This document shows positions 17,479 through 27,215 of a stretch of DNA of 64,000 nt, piece by piece. Each line of letters opens with the position of its first letter. The stretch's first letter is position 1. The translations under genes were made by a program, and so were the position numbers. The notes under the pieces were generated by a model. That model was not told the DNA's origin and ran no database searches. It saw only the letters and a program-made list of their open reading frames with translations. Origin of the DNA: Chloroflexota bacterium (GTDB lineage Bacteria; Chloroflexota; Limnocylindria; Limnocylindrales; CSP1-4). The stretch is from assembly GCA_027364875.1 (NCBI GenBank), contig DAHXON010000001.1, forward strand, positions 20,567 to 84,566. Direction: 5' to 3'.

Positions 17479-18224
17479 TTGAATGGCGGAACCATGTACA
17501 GGTCGCCGTTGTCGGCCACTCCGCCGCAACTGCCGCTGACGCGTTCACCTTCGCGCAGTACGACCATGCCCCAGCCGTCGAGGATCTCCAAGTTGGGGCT
17601 GAAGCGGGCGCGGTAGCCCTCAGGCCAGATCACATTTTCACGGGTGCCCGGCGCAATGCCGGGGACGGTGATCTGGCTCTCGAGCCAGGCAACGTGGGGA
17701 TCGCTGGGACTACCTCGAACGACCGCGTCGAGGCCCACGCCCCCGCACATCAAGCGCAACCACCAGGGCGTGGCCGTGGTCGGCAGGGCGTACTCCCCCG
17801 GGCGCACGGGCAGGCCCACTCCGGCCAGCACGAGCGTCGCCGCGACCGAGATCCCCACGACCGCCTTCGCGTGCCGCGCCGCCGGCGACCGATCTGGAGC
17901 GCCGGCCACGTGCCACCAGGGGTTCATTGGAACCGCCCCAACCGCGAGGATCGCACCTCCCACGAGCAGCCATACCCAGGACAGCGGTCCCCAAATCCGG
18001 CTGAGTGTGAGCGCAACCCACGCCATTCCCGTGCCCGTGAGAAGGCCCGAGCACGAGACGCGCGGCCCTCGGAGCGCAACGAAGATCGATACCAGGGCAA
18101 GCAGCACTGTCACCGGAAAGATCTGTGTCAGGAACGCCCAACCATCCAGGGCCCCAAGAGCGACTGCGCTAACCCAGGCTGCGGCCGGCCGCCCGGTCAG
18201 CCAGGTCAAGTTGCGGGTCCCCAT
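17475..18224 (-). CDS. Integral membrane protein (hypothetical)
   Basis: 249-aa ORF with about 5 hydrophobic helices. Its stop overlaps the map stop in the palindrome CTAG 17475-17478. Confidence 0.55.
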   Translation of the reverse strand: MGTRNLTWLTGRPAAAWVSAVALGALDGWAFLTQIFPVTVLLALVSIFVALRGPRVSCSGLLTGTGMAWVALTLSRIWGPLSWVWLLVGGAILAVGAVPMNPWWHVAGAPDRSPAARHAKAVVGISVAATLVLAGVGLPVRPGEYALPTTATPWWLRLMCGGVGLDAVVRGSPSDPHVAWLESQITVPGIAPGTRENVIWPEGYRARFSPNLEILDGWGMVVLREGERVSGSCGGVADNGDLYMVPPFN

Positions 18225-18334
18225 CTCGGTCCCCCTTCTCCCCGACCCTGCGGGTTATCCGCCGATCGAGATGCAGTATGGCTCGATCGCGTGGCAGCCC
18301 GCCGGGGGTCGTCGTCGCACGCTAGCATGCGGGC

Positions 18335-19810
18335 ATGCACGCCACACGACTCTTGAAGACACTCGCCGCCCTCGCATTCCTGGCCAGCAGCCTCGCGGCG
18401 TGCTCGACCCCAAGCAGCACCGCTTCTGCGAGCGCCGGCGGCGCTCCGACAGGCACCGCCCCCGCCGTCCCCAGCACCGCGACCACCGCGGGGCCCGGCG
18501 CCGACTCCACAGTCTCCATCAATGCCGGTGGCCCGGCCACGGGTGCCTTCTGGGCGGACAAGTACTTCGCCGGCGGCGCGACCTACGGCAACGACGCCAC
18601 GACGGACGTGTCGCAGATCACGTCCAACCCGCCGCCCGCGGCGATCTTCAACACGGAACGCTACGGGGCGATGACCTACACGATCCCCGACCGCTCAGGC
18701 CCCCAGACGGTCACGCTCTACTTCTCCGAGAACTACGTCACAGGCCCTGGTCAGCGGCTGTTCGACGTCACCATCAACGGCACGACCGTCCTATCGAAGT
18801 TCGACATCTACGCCAGCGCCGGAGGCGCCAACCGGGCGATAGCGAAGACGTTCACCACCACCGCCAACTCGAGCGGCCAGGTGGTGATCCAGTTCATCGC
18901 AGAGGTGCAGAGCCCCAAGATCAGCGCCATCGCCGTAACGGGCGCAGGCACGACCGCGACTCCCCCACCGGCGACTCCGAACCCCACTCCGGTCGCGCCG
19001 CCCACCAACAGCCCCGACGCGAAGGCCAGCGCCGGCTGCGGTAAGACCCGAGCCCTCCAGAACGGCACGATCAGCATCGAGAGCAACGGGACGCGTTCTT
19101 ACATCCTCCGAGTCCCGGACAACTACGAGGCCAACCACCCGTACCGGCTCATCCTCGCCTACCACTGGATGGGGGGAACGGCCCAGCAGGTCGCCAACGG
19201 CACGGGAGCCACGGAGGGCCCGTTCTACGGCCTCTGGGACCTCGCCAGCTACAGCACGATCTTCGTGGCGCCCGTCGGCCTGGGCTCGGGCACGAACACG
19301 GGCTGGCCCAACACCCAGGGCCAGGACGTCGCGTTCACGGACGCGATCCTCGCCCAGCTCGAGGCGGGGCTCTGTATCGACACGAGCCGCATCTTCGCCA
19401 CGGGCTTCAGCTACGGGGCGGGCATGTCGTACGCGCTCGCATGCGCCAGGCCGGACGTGTTCCGGGGAGTGGCGCTGTATTCCGGCGCGGAGATCAGCGG
19501 CTGCGACGGCGGCACCAGGCCGATCGCGTTCTACTCGTCGCACGGCCTGAGCGACAGCGTTCTGCCCATCGCGAGCGGACGGAGCCTGCGCGATCACTTC
19601 GTCCAGGTCAACGGCGTAACGCCACAGGATCCGCCCGAGCCTGCGGTCGGCAGCGGGACGCACGTCTGCACCACGTACGCCGGCGGCTCGCCGAAGTATC
19701 CGGTCGAGTGGTGCGCCTTCGACGGCGACCACACCCCGAACCCCCACGACAGCGGCCAGGCGACGAGCTGGAACCCGCCGCAGGCCTGGGCCTTCATCAG
19801 CCAGTTCTAG
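18335..19810 (+). CDS. Lipoprotein: malectin-like carbohydrate-binding domain fused to an esterase (PHB depolymerase / feruloyl esterase type, CE1-like)
   Basis: Lipobox LAAC. INAGG...DKYF.GG...FNTERYG...LYFSENY...RLFDV.ING (malectin pattern). C-terminal GFSYGAGMSYALAC serine-hydrolase nucleophile elbow. Confidence 0.7.
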   Translation: MHATRLLKTLAALAFLASSLAACSTPSSTASASAGGAPTGTAPAVPSTATTAGPGADSTVSINAGGPATGAFWADKYFAGGATYGNDATTDVSQITSNPPPAAIFNTERYGAMTYTIPDRSGPQTVTLYFSENYVTGPGQRLFDVTINGTTVLSKFDIYASAGGANRAIAKTFTTTANSSGQVVIQFIAEVQSPKISAIAVTGAGTTATPPPATPNPTPVAPPTNSPDAKASAGCGKTRALQNGTISIESNGTRSYILRVPDNYEANHPYRLILAYHWMGGTAQQVANGTGATEGPFYGLWDLASYSTIFVAPVGLGSGTNTGWPNTQGQDVAFTDAILAQLEAGLCIDTSRIFATGFSYGAGMSYALACARPDVFRGVALYSGAEISGCDGGTRPIAFYSSHGLSDSVLPIASGRSLRDHFVQVNGVTPQDPPEPAVGSGTHVCTTYAGGSPKYPVEWCAFDGDHTPNPHDSGQATSWNPPQAWAFISQF

Positions 19811-19871
19811 CGGCGCGCGCGGATTCCGAGCCGGCACGGTCGCCAGGACGCGCAGCCGGTACGATTCCCGA

Positions 19872-20687
19872 ATGCTCATCATCGTTCGGCCGCCGGCCGC
19901 GGCCTTCCGCGAAGCGGTTTCGAATCATCCCGACCATGGCCGCATCGACGTGGCACGAGCGCAGGTACAGCACGCCGCGTTCTGTGCCGAGCTCGAGGGC
20001 GCGGGCTTCTCCTTGCTGCGTCTGCCTGCGGAGCCGCATCTTCCCGATGCCACTTTCGTCTCGGACACGCTCGTCGCGCTGCCGCCGATCCGTCCCGATG
20101 GATCGCCTGTCGTTGTCGTGGCTCGGCCCGCCCTGCGCTCTCGCCGGCTCGAGGTCGAATCGGTCGCCCGGGCCGCCATCGAGCGCCTGCCCGCGGACAC
20201 TCGCATCGTGCGCGTGGAGGATCCGGACACCCTCGAGGGTGGCGACGTCGTGCTCTTCGGCGACCGCATCGCGATCGGCCTGAGCGGCCGAACCAGCGAG
20301 CGCGGTGCCCGCGTGCTCGCCGACGCCGCCTCTGCCCTCGGATACCGGGCCTTCCTGTGTCCCGTGAACGATCGCCTTCATCTCGCCACGGCCGTCACCG
20401 CCGTCACGGCGGACACGCTCATCGGCACAGCCGCCGGGTTCGCCTCGCTCGACGCGGCCGGCGCCGGAGCCGCGCCGCCCGGCGAGATCCGCCGCCTGCT
20501 GCTGCCCGACGACGAGGAGCTGGGGGCCAACGTCCTGGCCCTTGGCGGGCATGTCTTCCTGGGCTCAGGAAACCCGACCGCCGGCAGGCTCCTGCGCGAA
20601 ACGGGATTGACCGTTCACGAGCTCGACCTCGACGAGTTCGCACTCGCCGACGGCGGCCCCACCTGCCTGGTGAATGTCATTCCGTAG
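19872..20687 (+). CDS. Dimethylarginine dimethylaminohydrolase / amidinotransferase-fold protein
   Basis: Family-typical pattern ...TLEGGDVVLFGDRIAIGLSGRTS...HLATAVT..., and C-terminal ADGGPTCL with the catalytic Cys. Confidence 0.7.
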   Translation: MLIIVRPPAAAFREAVSNHPDHGRIDVARAQVQHAAFCAELEGAGFSLLRLPAEPHLPDATFVSDTLVALPPIRPDGSPVVVVARPALRSRRLEVESVARAAIERLPADTRIVRVEDPDTLEGGDVVLFGDRIAIGLSGRTSERGARVLADAASALGYRAFLCPVNDRLHLATAVTAVTADTLIGTAAGFASLDAAGAGAAPPGEIRRLLLPDDEELGANVLALGGHVFLGSGNPTAGRLLRETGLTVHELDLDEFALADGGPTCLVNVIP

Positions 20688-20689
20688 CG

Positions 20690-21097
20690 TCACCGGGTGG
20701 CAGCTCGCCGTTCCGGGCGTTTCTCCTGAGAGGTCGAGCCGGCGGCGGATCTTAGGCCGTCCATGGTTGCCGATCCGTCCAGCCTGACGATGCGCAGCCG
20801 CACCGGGGCAGCTTCGGCTGAGGGCGAACCGGGTTCGACTCGCTCGCTTCCCGACAGCGCCACGGTCTGGTGGGTGAGCATGGCGAGGATGACTTCGAAC
20901 GGCTGAGAGGTCCGTCGCACCACGATCGCGGCAATTCGGACGGGGTCGTTGGCCGCCCTGCGGAGCCTGGTCCGGTCCAGTCGCGGCCAGAGGATCATCG
21001 CCCGCTCGAGGTAGCTCGACGTGCCGGCTTCTGTGAAGCCCACGGATAGCCGCGATAGCCGATGGGGCACGTGCGTAGCGTACTGACGTCTCGGCAT
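20690..21097 (-). CDS. Hypothetical protein
   Basis: 135-aa ORF, convergent with the DDAH-like gene. Contains the LWPRLDRTRLRRAANDPVRIAAIVVRRTS segment. No family assigned. Confidence 0.4.
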   Translation of the reverse strand: MPRRQYATHVPHRLSRLSVGFTEAGTSSYLERAMILWPRLDRTRLRRAANDPVRIAAIVVRRTSQPFEVILAMLTHQTVALSGSERVEPGSPSAEAAPVRLRIVRLDGSATMDGLRSAAGSTSQEKRPERRAATR

Positions 21098-21317
21098 GAA
21101 CCTGCTCCGACTCCGGGCTCGAAATGCTAGCCCAGCGCTTGCCCCGGAGGGTCTACCCGAAGGCTGAGGTTCTCCGGAAAATCGAGATGAGATTTCATGA
21201 CGAATTCGGCATCAACCGCACTTTGGGCGTGGCAGCCGTCGAATCAGGCGCCGGCGTACGTCCCGGCTCCGCCCCGCGGGGTAAGCTCGACGCACTGCCA
21301 CATTGGAGGTCCCCTCC

Positions 21318-21926
21318 GTGACCGACTCGTCCCCGAACATCCCCGAAGCCGTCGCCGGGTACGTGGCGCTGACGTTCGACGACGGGCCCAACGAGAACAC
21401 CGCCACGCTGCTCGAGACGCTGCGCTCATGCGGGGCCCGGGCCACCCTCTTCAACACTGGGGAGAACGCCTCTGCCCATCCGGATCTCGTTCGCGCCGAG
21501 GTGGATGCGGGGATGTGGATCGGCAACCACAGCTACGTCCACCCGCACATGCTGACCCTCGGTGATGGAGACATGCGCGACCAGCTGCTGCGGACGCAGT
21601 CGGCGATCGAGGGCGGAGGCGCCGAGACGCCGTTCCTGTTCCGGCCACCCTACGGCGAGCACGACTCCAACCTCGACGCGATCGCGGCGGAGCTGGGCAT
21701 GCGGGTCGTGATGTGGGCGATCGACACGAGAGACTGGGACGGTGCCACCACAGAGGCGATCGTCGCGGCCGCCGAGGGCATCGCGGCGGGCGAGATCATC
21801 CTGATGCACGATGGCTACACGGCCACGAACGCCGCCGTTCCTATCATCGTCGCCCACCTCGCGAAGCGGGGCCTTCTGCCAGGCATGATCGACCCCGCAA
21901 GCGGCCGGGCGGTCGCCCCGCGGTAG
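21318..21926 (+). CDS. Polysaccharide deacetylase (NodB/CE4 family)
   Basis: GGAGG RBS 8 nt before GTG 21318. Motifs TFDDGP, GNHSYVHP, FRPPYG, DTRDW. No signal peptide seen. Confidence 0.85.
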   Translation: MTDSSPNIPEAVAGYVALTFDDGPNENTATLLETLRSCGARATLFNTGENASAHPDLVRAEVDAGMWIGNHSYVHPHMLTLGDGDMRDQLLRTQSAIEGGGAETPFLFRPPYGEHDSNLDAIAAELGMRVVMWAIDTRDWDGATTEAIVAAAEGIAAGEIILMHDGYTATNAAVPIIVAHLAKRGLLPGMIDPASGRAVAPR

Positions 21927-21970
21927 CCGGCGTCGGTCAGCCAGGCTCGGCTCGGCTCGGTGTGGCTCCC

Positions 21971-22407
21971 CTACTCCATCCGCTCCAGAAGGAAGACGGG
22001 GATCTGGCGGTCCGTCCTCTTCTGGTAGATGGCGTAGTCGGGAAATGCCGCGACTGCCCGCTCCCACCAGATCGCTTTCTCGTCGCCTGTGATTTCTCGA
22101 GCCATGTAGTCGCGTCTGACCGCACCGTCCTGCAGCTCCACGTGCGGGTTCTTCTTGAGGTTGTAGTACCAGACCGGATGTCGCGGCGCGCCGCCGAGCG
22201 AGGCGACGACTGCGTACAGACCCTCGTGCTCGACGCGCATCAGGGCGGTCTTGCGCAGCTTGCCGGTCCTCGCCCCCACCGACGTGAGCACGATCACCGG
22301 CCGGTCGTGCCGGTCCCGCCTTCCCGTCCGTTCGTCGCTTCATAGAGCTCAACCTGCCGGCGCGCGTATTCGGCGGTGCTGGGCTCGTACTCGCCGGTTA
22401 GTGGCAT
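21971..22407 (-). pseudogene. Deazaflavin (F420)-dependent nitroreductase-family oxidoreductase (DUF385 type), interrupted by a frameshift
   Basis: N-terminal 37 codons [37 protein letters not shown] end at TGA 22294-22296. The rest ([24 protein letters not shown]...[19 protein letters not shown]...) continues from 22297 in another frame. The two halves abut exactly where intact homologues are continuous. Confidence 0.7.
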
Positions 22408-22562
22408 TGCTTCGTCCTTTGACCTCGCAGCGCGGCGTACTACGCGCAGAGGGTAGACCCCCGCCGCGATCCATACGTCCGGCGCGAACCTCGGGCGCTC
22501 AGCGCGAGTCGCTACTATGTGCCGGTCGGTGCGGGCCGACCCGAGGGATCTGAGGAGGACAC

Positions 22563-22994
22563 ATGGCTACGTACGCCGCGGGGGCCACGGTCGAGCGACG
22601 CTATCCCGGGCCCGATGCCGAGACGGCTCGGGCGGCGGCGGAACCGCAGATCGGGGCTTTCGTAAGCTCCGGCTTCTCGATTGCGAGCGAGCGCTGGGAG
22701 GAGGATCTGGCCTCCGGCGGCGCCCCGATCGGCGACGCCATCGCCTCGGGTTCCATCAGCCAGCTGGCCGGCCGCGGGGGCGCATTGGTGATCACGTACG
22801 TGGCGAACGTGGCCACGGATCTGCCCGCCACCGTGCCGGCTTACACCCTGCAGGATCCGCGGCGAGCCAACCTCCAGACCTGGTCGCAGGTTCAGCTTGC
22901 CATCGGCGCCGTATTCCTGGTTGCATTCGTGGTCTTCGCTCTGTACGTGCTGGGGCAGATGAACAGCGCCCAGCACATGTTCATGGCGCCGTAG
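22563..22994 (+). CDS. Hypothetical tail-anchored membrane protein
   Basis: GAGGAGG RBS. 143 aa with a single C-terminal TM LAIGAVFLVAFVVFALYVLG. Confidence 0.5.
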   Translation: MATYAAGATVERRYPGPDAETARAAAEPQIGAFVSSGFSIASERWEEDLASGGAPIGDAIASGSISQLAGRGGALVITYVANVATDLPATVPAYTLQDPRRANLQTWSQVQLAIGAVFLVAFVVFALYVLGQMNSAQHMFMAP

Positions 22995-23012
22995 ACCACA
23001 GCTCCGCGCCCG

Positions 23013-23408
23013 CTACGCCAGGGCATTCTTGATCAACGGGCCCGCGGCGCCGATGTTCCTCGCCAGATCGTCGGGGACGCCATGGCGGCTGCGCAGGTAG
23101 TCCGGGTTGTTGTAGCTGACCCACACGCGTCCGCCGTCGTCCTGCCAGACCAGGGCTTTGAGTGGAAGATCGATCGCGACGCTCGGCGCGGCCACCATGA
23201 CCGGCGTGCCGGCTACGGGGTTGCCGAAGATGACGAGCATCGTGGGTGCCATCCGGAGGCCCGCCCGCTCGGCCTCGCCACTGTGATCGACGACGCAGAA
23301 CAGGGTCACGCCGGTTTCCCGGAGCACGTTCTCGATTCGCGCCAGGGTCTCCTCCACGGAGAAGGGGCTTCTCCCGTCGACGAGGCCGCGGTCCGGCCCT
23401 GAATCCAC
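23013..23408 (-). CDS. DUF302 domain protein
   Basis: FSVEETLARIENVLRETGVTLFCVVDHSGEA...LVIFGNP..GTP.M......AIDLPLKALVWQD matches the DUF302 pattern. Confidence 0.75.
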   Translation of the reverse strand: MDSGPDRGLVDGRSPFSVEETLARIENVLRETGVTLFCVVDHSGEAERAGLRMAPTMLVIFGNPVAGTPVMVAAPSVAIDLPLKALVWQDDGGRVWVSYNNPDYLRSRHGVPDDLARNIGAAGPLIKNALA

Positions 23409-23423
23409 GACGACCTCCCGACG

Positions 23424-24161
23424 CTACCGCATCGACCCGATTGACCGGACCGGGCGCCCGGGGCTCGACCCGCCCAAGCCACGAGAGCTCGACGCACCCG
23501 TGCCGCTCGACGACCCGCCGGCGTCCGCACCCAGACCGGCCTTGTAGGCCAGGAGCGCGGCCTCGACCCGGCTCGCGACCCCGAGCTTGCCCAGGATGCT
23601 GGTCATGTAGTGCTTCACCGTCTTCTCGGCGAGACCGAGCCGGCCGCCGATCTCCGCGTTCGAGAGGCCGAACGCGACGAGCTCCAGGACCTCGTGCTCG
23701 CGGCTGGTCAGCTCGGCGAATGGATCCGCCGGCCGCGGATTCGTGGCCTCCTTGAGCGCCCCGTATGCCAGACCCGGCGCGAGATATGTTCCTCCCGCGT
23801 GGACCGCCTTGAGGATGCTCCGCAGCTCGCGCCCGGCGACGCCCTTGAGCACGTAGCCCACGGCGCCGGCCTTCATCGCGGCCATCAGATCGTCCTCGTT
23901 CTCGGAGCTGGTCAGGATCACCGTCCTGGTTCCGGGAGACGCGGACGCGATCTCACGGGCCGCCGCCAGGCCGCCGCCCGGCATCGCCACGTCCAGCAGG
24001 GCGATGTCCGGCACATGCTCCCGCACCGACCGGATCGCCCCCTCGGCGTCGGCGACCGTCGCGACCACTGCCAGCTCGTCGTCCGCCGAAAGCGTGGCTA
24101 CAAGGCCGTCGAGGAACAGCGGGTGATCGTCCGCGACCACGATGCGTATCGGCTCACTCAT
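23424..24161 (-). CDS. NarL/LuxR-family response regulator with a Gly/Ser-rich C-terminal tail
   Basis: REC domain IRIVVADDHPLF...DIALLDVAMPG. LuxR HTH LTSREHEVLELVAFGLSNAEIGGRLGLAEKTVKHY. 8-nt overlap with the kinase gene. Confidence 0.9.
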   Translation of the reverse strand: MSEPIRIVVADDHPLFLDGLVATLSADDELAVVATVADAEGAIRSVREHVPDIALLDVAMPGGGLAAAREIASASPGTRTVILTSSENEDDLMAAMKAGAVGYVLKGVAGRELRSILKAVHAGGTYLAPGLAYGALKEATNPRPADPFAELTSREHEVLELVAFGLSNAEIGGRLGLAEKTVKHYMTSILGKLGVASRVEAALLAYKAGLGADAGGSSSGTGASSSRGLGGSSPGRPVRSIGSMR

Positions 24162-25680
24162 CGCTCTCCCCCGTTGCTTCGCTCAGCGGAAGGTATACCC
24201 GCACCCGGGTTCCGGCTCCCACCTGGGACTCGAGGTCGAGCCGCCCTCCGAGCAGCTCGGCGCGCTCCCGAATGCCGGCCAGGCCCAGATGGCCGGCATT
24301 CCGGCTTCGCCGCACGTCGAAGCCCGGGCCCTTGTCGCTGACCTGGGCCATCAGATAGCCGTCGCCCGAGTCGGTCACTCGGACCTCCACGCCGGCGCCC
24401 CTGCCGTGGCGGGCGGCGTTCGAGAGCGCCTCGGACAGGATGCGATACAGGGCGATCTTCGTCGCGAGAGGCGCGTCAGCCGGGATGCCGGCCACGTCCA
24501 CAGTCGTCCGCGTGCCCGACAGTCGTTCGTGGTCCGCGACGGCTCGCCCGACGATCTCGGCAGGAGTGGCGGCTTCGAGCTCCGGCGACCGCAGCCCCGC
24601 GGCGATCGTCCGCATCTCCCTGAGCGCGTCATCGAGCGCCGCCCGAACCGTGCGCAGCTCCTCGCCCGTCTGGCCGGTTTCGCCATCGCCGCCGCCTACC
24701 GAATCCAGCCTCAGCATGGCGAAAGCCAGCGACTGCGACGGCCCGTCGTGCAGGTCGGAGCCGATCCGGCGGCGCTCGAGCTCGTTGAGAGTCGTAGTCC
24801 GGGCGGCCGCCCGTCTCAGTCGATCGTGGAGCTCGGCGTTCTGGTCGAGCAGAGCCGACGTCTCGCGCAGCCTGGCCCGGAGGTCGGAGTCCTGGCTGAT
24901 GATCTTGCGGTTGCCCTGCCGGACCACCCAGGCAAGCGCCAGATAGGCGAGCAGCGCGGCGGCGGCCACGAAACCCCAGGCCATCAGCCGGTCGTGGTTG
25001 ACCTCGTCCTCCAGTTCGTTGGGCAGCTGGTAGAGCTCGGCCACGGCAATGATGAGCGACGACCGGCTGGCTCGGACCGGCATGTAGATCTCGAGCAGGT
25101 GGCTCCAGTGCTGCCGCTCGTAGACGTTCTCCGGATCGGAGAGGTTGCTGATGTCGCCCGTCACGGCGCCCTGTGCGGCCCTGCCGCGGTCGCCCGTCAT
25201 CGGGAACGTCCGGCCGATCAGCTGAGTGGTAGGGCTGTACAGGATCTTGCCGTTCGTGGACCAGATCTTGAACGCAACCACGCGCTGCCTGACGCCGGTG
25301 TTGGCCAGGAGGTTCTGGAGCGAGTTGATTTCGGGCTTGGTCAGAGTGGAACCCGTGGTAAGCGACTGCAACTCCGGGGCCACGAAGCTCTCCACGTAGA
25401 GCGCCGTCACCGACGTCGTGCGGTTGATGGCGCTGGTCTCGATCAGCTGGCCGAGAACCCAGGCCACCGACGCGCCGCCGACCACCACGACGGCCAGGCC
25501 GACCAGCAGGAACCGCTGGGCCAGCGACAGATTGAGCAGACCGAAGCGGAGCCGACCCAGACCCGGGATGCGGACCCGAACGCGCAGTCTGATCGCTCGA
25601 ATTCGGGGACCCACTCTGGCGGCCAGGCCGGCCGCCTTCTCTGAGAGCACGCTCGCCTCCGGTGGCTTCGCTCCGGCCAT
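24154..25680 (-). CDS. Sensor histidine kinase (HisKA_3 / NarX-DesK type)
   Basis: N-terminal TM and extracytoplasmic domain. H-box RRRIGSDLHDGPSQSL. HATPase N/G boxes LSNAARHG, DKGPGF, LAGIRERAELLGG. Confidence 0.88.
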   Translation of the reverse strand: MAGAKPPEASVLSEKAAGLAARVGPRIRAIRLRVRVRIPGLGRLRFGLLNLSLAQRFLLVGLAVVVVGGASVAWVLGQLIETSAINRTTSVTALYVESFVAPELQSLTTGSTLTKPEINSLQNLLANTGVRQRVVAFKIWSTNGKILYSPTTQLIGRTFPMTGDRGRAAQGAVTGDISNLSDPENVYERQHWSHLLEIYMPVRASRSSLIIAVAELYQLPNELEDEVNHDRLMAWGFVAAAALLAYLALAWVVRQGNRKIISQDSDLRARLRETSALLDQNAELHDRLRRAAARTTTLNELERRRIGSDLHDGPSQSLAFAMLRLDSVGGGDGETGQTGEELRTVRAALDDALREMRTIAAGLRSPELEAATPAEIVGRAVADHERLSGTRTTVDVAGIPADAPLATKIALYRILSEALSNAARHGRGAGVEVRVTDSGDGYLMAQVSDKGPGFDVRRSRNAGHLGLAGIRERAELLGGRLDLESQVGAGTRVRVYLPLSEATGESDE

Positions 25681-25849
25681 TCTAGGAGTGACTGCGCGGA
25701 GTGCCGCCAGCGACCGAGGGCCGGGCCGCGATCAGACCAAGGTCCGATGCAATTCGGAACCCGGGCACGTGGTCGTTGCGGCGGCGGGATCACATGCTCT
25801 TGTAAGCCCATTTCCCCTTCTGCCCGGACGACACTATCGAGGAGCTCGA

Positions 25850-26347
25850 ATGACGACTCACAGATTCAGGACGCCTTTCGCGGCCATGGCAGGACTTCTC
25901 TCCGTGGCGGTAATCGCCGGAGCGTGCAGCAGCACGGCCACTCCCACCCAGAGCGTGGGCGGTGCGACTCAGACTCCCGTGGCGGCGAGCCAGGCGCCGG
26001 CGGCCGGCACGGCCACCGTTATGGCCAGCACCGTTGGCGGCCAGACCATCCTGGTCGCGGGCTCCAACGGCATGACCGTCTACACCTTCACGAAGGACAC
26101 TGCCGGTAGTGGCCAGAGCGCCTGCAGCGGCGGCTGCCTGACCACGTGGCCGGCCCTGACAGTCTCGTCCGGAAGCTCGCCGACCGCCGGGACGGGAGTG
26201 ACGGGCCAGCTCGGAACGATCACTCGATCCGACAACGGCAGCCTCCAGGTCACCTACAACGGCCTGCCGCTGTACTTCTTCTCGGGCGATCACGCCCCCG
26301 GCGATACCAACGGCAGCTATCCCAACTGGAACCTGGTCAAGCCCTGA
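25850..26347 (+). CDS. Secreted lipoprotein of the COG4315 family (Yx[FWY]xxD repeat)
   Basis: GGAG RBS. Lipobox IAGAC. LVAGSNGMTVYTFTKD...CSGGCLTTWPAL...QVTYNGLPLYFFSGD. Confidence 0.75.
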   Translation: MTTHRFRTPFAAMAGLLSVAVIAGACSSTATPTQSVGGATQTPVAASQAPAAGTATVMASTVGGQTILVAGSNGMTVYTFTKDTAGSGQSACSGGCLTTWPALTVSSGSSPTAGTGVTGQLGTITRSDNGSLQVTYNGLPLYFFSGDHAPGDTNGSYPNWNLVKP

Positions 26348-26416
26348 CAAATAGCGCGGGCACCGCTCCGGCGGGCCTTCAAGGGTCCGCCGGGGCGCTG
26401 TGAGTAGAGGCAATTC

Positions 26417-27163
26417 ATGAGTGCGATCGCTGCCGCGACGGGCAGGTCCTCCCGAAGAAGGCGGAACCTGCTCGTGATCATCGCGGTTCTGGTCCTGGTC
26501 GGTGTCGTCGGCGTCGGCTTTGGCCTCTGGTACGTCCTGATCGGACCGCCGGGGCCGGCGATTGCCGCGCCGGTGATCCCGACCGGAGCGGCCGTCCCTG
26601 CTCCCGCTTCCATGAATGGCACGTGGCAGGTCAACGATGGTCTGGGCTCGTTCGGCGACTTCAGCTCGAGCTGGCTCGGCTACCGTGTCCAGGAGCAGTT
26701 CGTCGGCGTCGGCGGGCACACCGCAGTGGGCCGCACTCCCAAGGTTACCGGCTCGCTCACGCTGAGCGGCTCCACGGTGACCGCGGCCTCGATCACGGGC
26801 GATCTGACAGCACTCGTCAGCGATGCACCCCAGCGCGACGGCGAGCTCGGCGGCGACGGCATCCAGAGCGACACCTTCCCGAACGCGACGTTCGTGCTGA
26901 CCAGACCGATCGACCTCGGGTCGCTGCCACCGAACGGCTCGACCGTGAGCGCGACGGCCACCGGCAATCTGACCCTCCACGGCGTGACCAGGAGCGTTCA
27001 GGTGGACCTCCAGGCGCAGCGGCAGGGCGGCATCATCGCGGTTTCCGGGTCACTGCCGATCGTCTTCGGCGACTACCACTTCACAGCGCCAAACGTCCTC
27101 GGCTTCGTGACGGTCAACGACCACGGGACCATGGAACTGCACCTTCTGTTCACCCACGCCTGA
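26417..27163 (+). CDS. Membrane-anchored YceI-like domain protein
   Basis: N-terminal TM LLVIIAVLVLVGVVGVGFGLW. YceI-like pattern TFPNATFVLT...ATGNLTLHGVTRSVQV. Confidence 0.7.
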   Translation: MSAIAAATGRSSRRRRNLLVIIAVLVLVGVVGVGFGLWYVLIGPPGPAIAAPVIPTGAAVPAPASMNGTWQVNDGLGSFGDFSSSWLGYRVQEQFVGVGGHTAVGRTPKVTGSLTLSGSTVTAASITGDLTALVSDAPQRDGELGGDGIQSDTFPNATFVLTRPIDLGSLPPNGSTVSATATGNLTLHGVTRSVQVDLQAQRQGGIIAVSGSLPIVFGDYHFTAPNVLGFVTVNDHGTMELHLLFTHA

Positions 27164-27215
27164 GCCAGCTGGGCCAGCTGAGCCCGGGACGATGGGCCGC
27201 CTGATTGCAGAACAC

